IMG/VR virus record: IMGVR_UViG_3300032301_000344
Span: 1 to 30,908 of that record
Origin: a virus
Taxonomy: Duplodnaviria > Caudoviricetes
Strand: one strand, 5' to 3'
Length of the DNA: 30,908 nt
Part shown: positions 23,772-30,908 of the stretch, one piece after another
Layout: the number at the start of each line of letters is the position of its first letter
Numbering within the stretch: position 1 is the stretch's first letter
Position numbers and translations under genes: made by a program
Notes under the pieces: generated by a model
What the model was told of the DNA's origin: nothing
Database searches by the model: none
The model's input: only the letters and a program-made list of their open reading frames with translations

Positions 23772-24631
23772 ACCCTCTAGTCAAACCAGAGATAAAGACG
23801 GAATACAACATCATATCGCTTGGTGCTGGGGTGCAGTCTAGTTGCTTGGCCTTAATGTGTGCTAAAGGCGAAGTTACGCCTATGCCAGACTTCGCTATTT
23901 TTTCAGATACACAAGATGAGCCAGAGAGTGTCTATAAGTGGCTAGATCAATTAAAGGAATTATTGCCGTTCCCGGTTTATATAGTCACGGCTGGTAGCCT
24001 ATCAAAAGAATCATTGAAAATGAGGGTAACAAAGGATGGTCGTAAGTTTAGCAGAACGAACATTCCATTCTTTACTAAAAGTGCCAAGGGCAAGCTGGGG
24101 AAGATTGTGTTTAGGTCTTGCACCGCAGACTTCAAGATTAAGCCAATTATGAAAGAGGCTAGGGCTAGGTGCAAAATTAAGAGGGGTCAAAAACATATTT
24201 CAGTAACTCAATACATCGGCATTTCTTGGGATGAATGGCATAGGTGCAAGCCATCTAGGGATATTTGGTCACAAAGCCGATGGCCTCTAATTGAAAAGCG
24301 AATGACTAGGCAAAGTTGCTTGGAGTGGATGGAAAGGAACGGATACCCAAAACCACCAAGATCATCGTGCGTATATTGCCCATTTCACTCAAACAAGGAA
24401 TGGAAGCGATTAAAAGAAGAAGAACCAGAGGCATTTCAAAGAGCCGTCCAGTTTGAAAAAGATATGCAAGTCGCAAAAAAGAATAGTGAAAATTTTGACT
24501 CTACGCCATTCCTCCACAAGTCTTGCGTCCCGATTGAACAAGTGGACTTTAGGGATGATTTCGATAAGGGGCAGATGGATATTTTTGGTGGCGATCATCC
24601 CCATTGTGAAGAAGGGATGTGTGGCGTGTGA
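23768..24631 (+). CDS. PAPS-reductase-like adenine nucleotide alpha-hydrolase (PP-loop) protein
   Basis: SLGAGVQSS, FSDT..EP, CT..FKI.PI, GIS.DE..R, PL, S.C..CPFH motifs. Confidence 0.8.
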   Translation: MNPLVKPEIKTEYNIISLGAGVQSSCLALMCAKGEVTPMPDFAIFSDTQDEPESVYKWLDQLKELLPFPVYIVTAGSLSKESLKMRVTKDGRKFSRTNIPFFTKSAKGKLGKIVFRSCTADFKIKPIMKEARARCKIKRGQKHISVTQYIGISWDEWHRCKPSRDIWSQSRWPLIEKRMTRQSCLEWMERNGYPKPPRSSCVYCPFHSNKEWKRLKEEEPEAFQRAVQFEKDMQVAKKNSENFDSTPFLHKSCVPIEQVDFRDDFDKGQMDIFGGDHPHCEEGMCGV

Positions 24632-26418
24632 ACCAGCTTTTTGATGTTAAGCAATTTGCAAGATCAATCTTTGAGCCAAGGGAAAAACTATCAATCCCAG
24701 ATTGGGCAGAAAAGAATCTAACCCTTTCGGCTAGGGTAACCAATATCCCCGGTGCATATTCGACTAAACTAACTCCGTATGTAAGAGAGCCGTTAGAGGC
24801 TTTCGGTGATGATTCGGTTCGCAGAATCACGCTTGTATGGGGAGCACAAACATCCAAGACAACGACAATCCTAGCTGGTCTTGCCTATCGGCTTGCAGAG
24901 CGTCCTTGCCCTAGTTTGTGGGTTATGCCGTCAGAGGCTTTGGCTAGGTCGTTCTCTGAAACTCGGTGGCTTCCGATGGTCGATGATTGCCCTGCATTGG
25001 CAAAAGAAAAGCCAGACAACACCGACAAGATCAAAATCCTAGAACAACACTTCCGCAGAATGTCGCTTTGGTTTGTGGGGTCGAACAGCCCTGCCAATCT
25101 TGCGTCTCGTTCTGTTTCATTGCTAATGCTCGATGAGGTGGACAAATACCCAGAGGCGGGTGCCAGCAAGAGCGAAGCAGGGGCGTTGCAGTTGGCAGAG
25201 GCCAGAGTTGCGACCTATCCAAATCACTTAATCATCGCCACATCTACGCCAACCACGGCTGATTCTACGATTTGGGCAGAATGGCAAAAGGGAGATATGC
25301 GTTTCTTTTTTGTGCCTTGCCCACATTGCAACCATAAACAGAAGCTAATCTGGGGACAAGTGAAGTGGGACGAGGCCGCCAAGGTTGAGGAAGCAGTTTA
25401 TGATTTTAAGCTGGTTAAATCATCGGCCTACTACGAGTGCGAGAACTGCAAAGGCAAGATTACGGACGGCCAAAAGACAGCGATGCTCCGGGGTGGAGAG
25501 TGGATTCCTACCAACCCAAAGGGAGAGCCGAACCGCCGAAGCTATCACTTAAATGGACTATATGCCCCTTGGGTTTCGTTTGGCTCCCTAGCGGTCAAAT
25601 TCCTTCAAGACAAATATAGCGGAATCATCGGGCTACAAGACTTCGTGAACCGCATCCTTGCCGAACCTTGGCTAGAACACGAACAAGAGCGAATCGAGAT
25701 CAAGGCGGGTGGTTACAATATGGGTATTGTTCACCAAGGCGAGAAAACCATTATGTCAGTCGATGTGCAAGAATCTGGTGGGTTCCACACTTGGGCTTTG
25801 GTTAGGGCTTATAATGGCGAAGGAAAGTCTCGGATGGTCTGGGCTGGTAGGCTTGAAACTTGGGGCGATGTGGCGGCGAAGGCTGATGAATTTGAAGTGG
25901 AACCAAGATGCGTTGTGATTGATACTGGCGATCAAACCCGCCTTTGCTACGAGTGGATTTGTAAAATGGGCTGGTTAGGTCTGGTGGGTTCGGACAAATC
26001 CAGCTTCTCCGAGATCGTAGGACAGCAAAAGATAGCAAGGCCATTTGCAAGAATCGCCAATGGAGACCCCTTTTCTGGCAAGGCCACCGGGTCTAGGGAT
26101 GGCTGGAAGTGGCGTTTAGCACCTATATGGAGGTGGTCTAACCCAGCAATCAAGGACATCTTTGCCAATCTGGTTAAGTCGGATGGATTCGTTGCCGATG
26201 ATGCCCCGCAAGTTTGGCACGAACATATTCGAGCCGAGCGAAAGGTTTCAGTTAAAAACCCAATGACCGGGAGGACTAGAATGGTTTGGAAGCAGATTGG
26301 GAAGCAAAATCACTTGTTGGATTGTGAATGTATGAACATCGTTGGGGCTGGCTTGCATAAGCTATTGAACATCACTCCAGCAAGTTTGACAGATGAGGTT
26401 GAGAATGGCGAAGGGTGA
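24628..26418 (+). CDS. terL: Terminase large subunit, lambda GpA family
   Basis: TPY.REP, AQTSKT Walker A-like, LMLDEVD Walker B, STPT, CPHC/CENC zinc knuckles, NH.LDC nuclease motif. Confidence 0.95.
   Translation: MNQLFDVKQFARSIFEPREKLSIPDWAEKNLTLSARVTNIPGAYSTKLTPYVREPLEAFGDDSVRRITLVWGAQTSKTTTILAGLAYRLAERPCPSLWVMPSEALARSFSETRWLPMVDDCPALAKEKPDNTDKIKILEQHFRRMSLWFVGSNSPANLASRSVSLLMLDEVDKYPEAGASKSEAGALQLAEARVATYPNHLIIATSTPTTADSTIWAEWQKGDMRFFFVPCPHCNHKQKLIWGQVKWDEAAKVEEAVYDFKLVKSSAYYECENCKGKITDGQKTAMLRGGEWIPTNPKGEPNRRSYHLNGLYAPWVSFGSLAVKFLQDKYSGIIGLQDFVNRILAEPWLEHEQERIEIKAGGYNMGIVHQGEKTIMSVDVQESGGFHTWALVRAYNGEGKSRMVWAGRLETWGDVAAKADEFEVEPRCVVIDTGDQTRLCYEWICKMGWLGLVGSDKSSFSEIVGQQKIARPFARIANGDPFSGKATGSRDGWKWRLAPIWRWSNPAIKDIFANLVKSDGFVADDAPQVWHEHIRAERKVSVKNPMTGRTRMVWKQIGKQNHLLDCECMNIVGAGLHKLLNITPASLTDEVENGEG
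26386..26407 (+). promoter_or_regulatory. TTGACA-N13-ATG box inside the terL 3' end
   Basis: TTGACA 26386-26391, ATG 26405. Confidence 0.55.
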
Positions 26419-26641
26419 TTTTATTGGGCTACCCCTCACCACCCTAACTTCCTTGCGGGATAAGTATATTACTTGCCTTGAAGCGATTGCGGTGGCGGGT
26501 TCAAGCTATTCCATCGCTGGACGCTCTTTCTCTAGGGCGAATCTAGGCGAAGTGCGTGATACTATTGCCGAACTTACCCTTGCGATTCAGCAAGCAACCG
26601 GAACCAGAATCCGCACAACTTACGCCAATTTCGGCTCGTGA
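26405..26641 (+). CDS. Head-tail joining protein (gpW-like)
   Basis: SYSIAGRS.SRANL.E...I.EL; between terL and portal, as in lambda. Confidence 0.75.
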   Translation: MAKGDFIGLPLTTLTSLRDKYITCLEAIAVAGSSYSIAGRSFSRANLGEVRDTIAELTLAIQQATGTRIRTTYANFGS

Positions 26642-29600
26642 AAAAAGCCTCTCTTAATCTGATCGACAAGGCGATTGCCTTTATCAACCCGCAAGGTGCG
26701 ATAGATCGGCTGGTTGCTCGTCAAAAGATTAAAAACTTTGAATACGATGCAGTAAAGTATTCGAGGCAACGCAAGGGGCCAAGCTCTCTTTCCGGGGCAG
26801 AAGATTATCGCTCTAATTATGACCGAGTAGAGTTGATGAAAAGGGCTAGGGATTTGGCCGAGAATGTTGGCCTTGTTCGCTCTATCCTAATGAAGTTTGC
26901 AAGCCACACCGCCGCAAACATTACCTACCAAGCACGAACCGAGAACCCAGTAGTCAATACAGAGGTAGAGGCATATTGGTCAGAGTGGTTCGATAAATGC
27001 GACATCTCGACAAGGCATACTGGCTCAACGCTTATGCAGGTGGCAGTTATGTCGATGCTCCGGGACGGAGATTTTTTGTTTGTCCTCGTGCGTGATTCTG
27101 ATGGAAATCTAAAGATTCAAGGCATTGAGGGAGACAGACTCGGAGACCCATTCAAAGTTTATACAAGTTCCGAGTTAATTGGCGGAATCCATATCAATCA
27201 ACAAACTGGTGCCCCAACAGCATACGACATTTATAGCCGAAGCATTGGTGATATGTATTCCTACCAAGCCACAATTTCGGCAAGCCAATGTTTCCATTTA
27301 TTCGACCCGCTACGCATTGACCAGTATCGGGGTATCTCCGCTTTCCATACTGCAATCAATGACGCAACGGATATTCACGAAATCGTAGGCTTCGAGAAGA
27401 TGTCGGCCAAGGTTGCTTCTAGTCAGAGTGCAATCATAAAGCGGAACAATAACAATGCCTCTGACTTATCCACCCTCACAAACGATCAAGATGTTAATGG
27501 AAGTGCAATCAAACTAGAAGCCATCGAGTCCGGCAAAATTTCCTACCTAGAACCGGGAGAGGATATTGTATTCCCCGATGGGCCGAGCCGTCCTTCTGGT
27601 GCATTTGCAGAGTTCCATAGGATTCTTCTCCGCAACATTTGTATGGGTGTTGGTATTCCTTATAGCTTCGCCGTAGACCCATCCTCTATGTCTGGCCCAA
27701 CTGCTCGTCTTGAGATGCAACAAGCAGGGCGAACCTTCCGCAGATACCAGAAACTACTCGATGACAAGGTTCTTCGCCCAATCAAAAACATCGTAATTGC
27801 AGACGGAGTAGCTAGGGGATTGATAGAGAACAATGTTGGAAGCAGAACGACTAGGGGTATTTTCAATTTCGGGGCTAATGTGTCTATTGATTTAGGTAGA
27901 GAATCAGTCGCTAATATCGCAGAGTTTCGGGCAGGGCTAACTAGTGCTAGCTCCATATATTCGGAGAAAGGCCTCGATTTTGAAAGTGCTATGCGTCAAA
28001 GGGCTATTGAAGCAAAGATGATCAAAGACTTGGCAGAGGAATACAAAGTTCCAGCCGATACAATTTCCGACATCGCCGCAGATGGATTAACCAGAGATTC
28101 ACAACAAGCACAAGCAACCCCAGCCGAGGGCGAGCAGACAGCCACCGGACAGACATCGGACGAGGATATGATTGGTGGTGCTTCACTCAATGGGGCACAA
28201 GTGACCTCGCTTATCAATATCATCAATGCCGTTGCTATGGGTGCAGTTTCCAAGGAGGGTGCGGTCTCCATTATCACGGCGGCTTTCCCGACAATCAGCC
28301 CAGACCAAGCAAGATCAATCATCGCCGGGGTCAATGTTGGAACAACCATACCAACCACCAAAGAAGAAAAACAGCAGATTGCAAAAGACCAAGAGGGCGA
28401 TTCTTCTGGAGGCTCGACACCACCAGCCCCAGAACCTACCACGCCCCCGCCAGCCCCCGCTGGCACTTCTCAAAAAAAAAGTAATTTAGAGATTTTGGAA
28501 AGCCTAGACCCCGCATCTATTAAGATGTTGATTCAAGGAATGATGGGCGGGATTGAGTTGGGCAAATACGATGGGATTGATTTCACGCCACCGCAGGGAG
28601 CTAGGGATGCTGCTAAAAGGGCTTTGGATGTAAGGGAGGGGAAACCAGCCAGCCAAAGGGGAATGACCCCGGTAGGCATCGCTAGGGCTAGGGATTTGAT
28701 GAATGGAGTAAATATGTCTCCAGACACAATCCGAAGAATGAAAGCCTTTTTCGATAGGCACGGGGTCGATAAGAAGGGTGCAACTTGGGACGAGCAAGGC
28801 AAGGGATGGCAAGCGTGGAATGGTTGGGGTGGCGATGCTGGATATGCTTGGGCAAGGAAAGTAGTCGGACAGATGGAGGCAAGAGACAAGAAAGAACTAG
28901 CAGAACCATCCTCTTGCCCAATCGCTACGCAAGACATCAAAACCAACCTAGCCAATAGGCAGACAGCGGTGGACGATGCGAACTACGGCCCCGCAAATCC
29001 GAACGAGCCAAACGAGGACTACTGGAAAGCCAAGGCAGACGAGTTTCAAGGCGATGTAGCCACGGCAAAAAAGATGCTTTGTGGTAATTGTGCCGCTTTC
29101 GACCAAAGGAACAAAGTTCTTGGATGCATCAAAAAGGGAATTGGCGAGGACGCAAACGAAGTGGCTATTGGTGGCAATCTAGGATACTGCGAGATATTTG
29201 ACTTTAAGTGTGCGGCCAAACGGACTTGTGATGCTTGGATTGTTGGTGGCCCAATTACAGACAAGAAGGAAGAACTTGCCAGACCCGGCCCCAAGTCAGC
29301 GGCTCAAACCCCTGCGCCAGCTAAAGAACAAATCAAAGGTTCCAAAGAAAACCCGGAAGGGACAGCATCCACAAGAAGCGAATCTGGTGATATTGAGATT
29401 TCAGCCGAGAATGAGGAGGCATTGAAGAACAAGATTGCCGAGTTCAAGGACAAGTATCCTTCAAGGAAAGCCCCTACCCTTGGAGCATTGAAGAAAGTAT
29501 TTCGCAGGGGGGCGGGTGCGTTCTCCACTAGCTTTAGGCCAACGATTAGCGGTGGACAACCAAACTCAAGGAATGCTTGGGCGATGGCTAGGGTGAACAA

Positions 29601-29670
29601 GTTTCTAAAGATGGCTAGCGGTGGAGAGGTCAAAGACTCCTATCGCAAGGCAGACGGCGATCTTCTTTGA
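26638..29670 (+). CDS. Portal protein, lambda gpB family, with about 500-aa multi-domain C-terminal extension
   Basis: RARDL..N, RDGD, R.DQYRG.S, G.I..L.PGEDI, G.GIPY, AR motifs in the first ~480 aa. Confidence 0.92.
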   Translation: MKKASLNLIDKAIAFINPQGAIDRLVARQKIKNFEYDAVKYSRQRKGPSSLSGAEDYRSNYDRVELMKRARDLAENVGLVRSILMKFASHTAANITYQARTENPVVNTEVEAYWSEWFDKCDISTRHTGSTLMQVAVMSMLRDGDFLFVLVRDSDGNLKIQGIEGDRLGDPFKVYTSSELIGGIHINQQTGAPTAYDIYSRSIGDMYSYQATISASQCFHLFDPLRIDQYRGISAFHTAINDATDIHEIVGFEKMSAKVASSQSAIIKRNNNNASDLSTLTNDQDVNGSAIKLEAIESGKISYLEPGEDIVFPDGPSRPSGAFAEFHRILLRNICMGVGIPYSFAVDPSSMSGPTARLEMQQAGRTFRRYQKLLDDKVLRPIKNIVIADGVARGLIENNVGSRTTRGIFNFGANVSIDLGRESVANIAEFRAGLTSASSIYSEKGLDFESAMRQRAIEAKMIKDLAEEYKVPADTISDIAADGLTRDSQQAQATPAEGEQTATGQTSDEDMIGGASLNGAQVTSLINIINAVAMGAVSKEGAVSIITAAFPTISPDQARSIIAGVNVGTTIPTTKEEKQQIAKDQEGDSSGGSTPPAPEPTTPPPAPAGTSQKKSNLEILESLDPASIKMLIQGMMGGIELGKYDGIDFTPPQGARDAAKRALDVREGKPASQRGMTPVGIARARDLMNGVNMSPDTIRRMKAFFDRHGVDKKGATWDEQGKGWQAWNGWGGDAGYAWARKVVGQMEARDKKELAEPSSCPIATQDIKTNLANRQTAVDDANYGPANPNEPNEDYWKAKADEFQGDVATAKKMLCGNCAAFDQRNKVLGCIKKGIGEDANEVAIGGNLGYCEIFDFKCAAKRTCDAWIVGGPITDKKEELARPGPKSAAQTPAPAKEQIKGSKENPEGTASTRSESGDIEISAENEEALKNKIAEFKDKYPSRKAPTLGALKKVFRRGAGAFSTSFRPTISGGQPNSRNAWAMARVNKFLKMASGGEVKDSYRKADGDLL

Positions 29671-29689
29671 CATAAGTTAGGCAGTTATG
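29667..29689 (+). promoter_or_regulatory. TTGACA-N14-ATG late-gene box
   Basis: TTGACA 29667-29672, ATG 29687. Confidence 0.6.
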
Positions 29690-30769
29690 CCTTTACCCCT
29701 ACCTAGTGCTGATGAGTCAGAGCAAGACTTTGTGTCTCGGTTTATGGGCGATGAAGAAGCCATAAGCAAGTTCCCAGACGAAACTCAAAGGTCGGCGGTG
29801 GCATATTCCACTTACCGGGATGAAGATACCGAGGAAATGGAACTTGGTGGAGTTAGTATTTTAGAGATTGGCGAAGCAAAGGGTCACGACCTTTTCGTGG
29901 ATAAAACAAGCCTAGAGACCGCCCTAAAAATTATGCAGAAAGCCAAGAATGGCGTGAAAATTAAGATGAATCACGGCTCTGGTTTGGAGGCGGTTTGCGG
30001 GTTCGCCAGAAACCCCCGCATCGAAGGGGATAAGCTGGTTGCCGACCTTCGCCTACTCCGCAACTCCCCCCACTACGGCCTAATCAAAGAGATGGCCTCC
30101 GAAGCACCCGACCAGTTTGGAATTTCCCTAGCCTTTGTGAATGAGTCCGAGACCATCAATGGCAAGGACTATATTCGTCCCCAGAGCATCGCCTCTGCTG
30201 ATTTAGTTTCCAGCCCAGCCGCCACGAATGGATTGTTCGAGGAGATGGTTAAGTTTATGGAAAAACTCGGTTATGTGCAGGGAGGGACAACAATCCCAGC
30301 CGTAATCAAAGAAGCCGTGGAGCAACCTCCACTTGACAAAAAGGACAAAACAAATATGGAAAACAAGGATTACACTAAAGACATCGAGGACATCAAGGTT
30401 CGTTTGGCGGCCATTGAAGATTCGATGAAACCCAAAGAAGAAATGAAAAAAGAGGAGATGGCCTCCGAGAAGCCCTCCGAGACTCCCGCCCCTGCTCCCG
30501 AAATCTCCGTTGAGGTTGAACCCTCCGAAGATAAAAAAGAGGAGATGAGCGAAGTTGTGAAGAAGGTGCTGACTGAATTTGGCATCAAGCCCATTTCCGC
30601 TTCCCCGGTGGTTGAAGCCCCGGCGAAAGTCGAACCCAAAACTTTTGAAGAACTTGTGGCCGCCCATAGCGACTACGGAACTTCGAAGCTCAAGGCGATG
30701 AACGCCGTGATGCTCTCCAACCCCAAAGAATATGCCGAGGCTCGTAGCCGTGGCATCACGAAAATCTAA
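29687..30769 (+). CDS. Prohead protease/scaffold fusion
   Basis: After portal; H, G.S and D.V..PA pattern of maturation proteases; acidic, Pro-rich C-terminal scaffold. Confidence 0.75.
   Translation: MPLPLPSADESEQDFVSRFMGDEEAISKFPDETQRSAVAYSTYRDEDTEEMELGGVSILEIGEAKGHDLFVDKTSLETALKIMQKAKNGVKIKMNHGSGLEAVCGFARNPRIEGDKLVADLRLLRNSPHYGLIKEMASEAPDQFGISLAFVNESETINGKDYIRPQSIASADLVSSPAATNGLFEEMVKFMEKLGYVQGGTTIPAVIKEAVEQPPLDKKDKTNMENKDYTKDIEDIKVRLAAIEDSMKPKEEMKKEEMASEKPSETPAPAPEISVEVEPSEDKKEEMSEVVKKVLTEFGIKPISASPVVEAPAKVEPKTFEELVAAHSDYGTSKLKAMNAVMLSNPKEYAEARSRGITKI
30333..30358 (+). promoter_or_regulatory. TTGACA-N17-ATG box plus SD at the internal scaffold start
   Basis: TTGACA 30333-30338, AAGGA, in-frame ATG 30356. 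Confidence 0.6.
30356..30769 (+). CDS. Nested in-frame scaffolding protein (Nu3-like)
   Basis: In-frame ATG with SD and A-rich leader at the protease/scaffold boundary. Confidence 0.6.
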   Translation: MENKDYTKDIEDIKVRLAAIEDSMKPKEEMKKEEMASEKPSETPAPAPEISVEVEPSEDKKEEMSEVVKKVLTEFGIKPISASPVVEAPAKVEPKTFEELVAAHSDYGTSKLKAMNAVMLSNPKEYAEARSRGITKI

Positions 30770-30786
30770 CAAAAGGATAAAATAAA

Positions 30787-30908
30787 ATGTCCACTCAAAT
30801 TGATGGTAATTTTCGCACATTCGGGTCGGCCAACGCTATTTCGGCGTTCCGTCTCGTTCAGCCCGACACCACCACGGCTGGCTTCGTTAATGTTGCGGTA
30901 ACTGGTGC
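30787..30908 (+). CDS. Head decoration/cement-like protein (3'-truncated by window edge)
   Basis: SD AAGGA; MSTQIDGNFRTFGSANAISAFRLV...; follows the scaffold. Confidence 0.5.
   Translation, partial: MSTQIDGNFRTFGSANAISAFRLVQPDTTTAGFVNVAVTG

Larger units (their letters stand above)
1..30908 (+). mobile_element. Tailed bacteriophage genome segment (siphovirus-like, lambda-type head-packaging module)
   Basis: Terminase, portal, protease, tail tube, chaperone frameshift, tape measure, lysis and replication genes, tightly packed and co-oriented; no host housekeeping genes. Confidence 0.97.

Noticed and set aside
1-30908. Genome-wide TAG reassignment (alternative genetic code), prompted by the terS amber and in-frame TAG junctions at 11097/11262 and 12901
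   Set aside because: Long genes (portal 1010 aa, terL, tail fiber, tape measure) contain no internal TAG and coding density is already high under the standard code

Overview
The window is most of a tailed dsDNA phage genome (siphovirus-like, lambda-type gpA terminase/gpW/gpB portal head module). Every credible gene lies on the + strand. Order: methyltransferase/glycosyltransferase cluster, neck and tail genes (with a G/GT-type -1 frameshift chaperone), lysis cassette with two-component spanin (Gram-negative host), early recombination/replication genes, a two-frame C5 DNA methyltransferase, a putative cos region, packaging genes, a 1010-aa portal, protease/scaffold and the start of a head protein. 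No integrase, repressor, tRNA or CRISPR was seen. The most unusual signals are: (1) a TTGACA hexamer 13-17 nt before the start codons of many late genes with no -10 box, next to a sigma-region-4-like phage protein as candidate activator; (2) a G12 tract inside the overlapping-frame methyltransferase; (3) apparent absence of CCWGG, with an amber in terS at a CTAGG site; (4) a multi-domain portal with an A9 run that gives near-immediate stops in both shifted frames. All calls come from reading motifs by eye; no database search was run.
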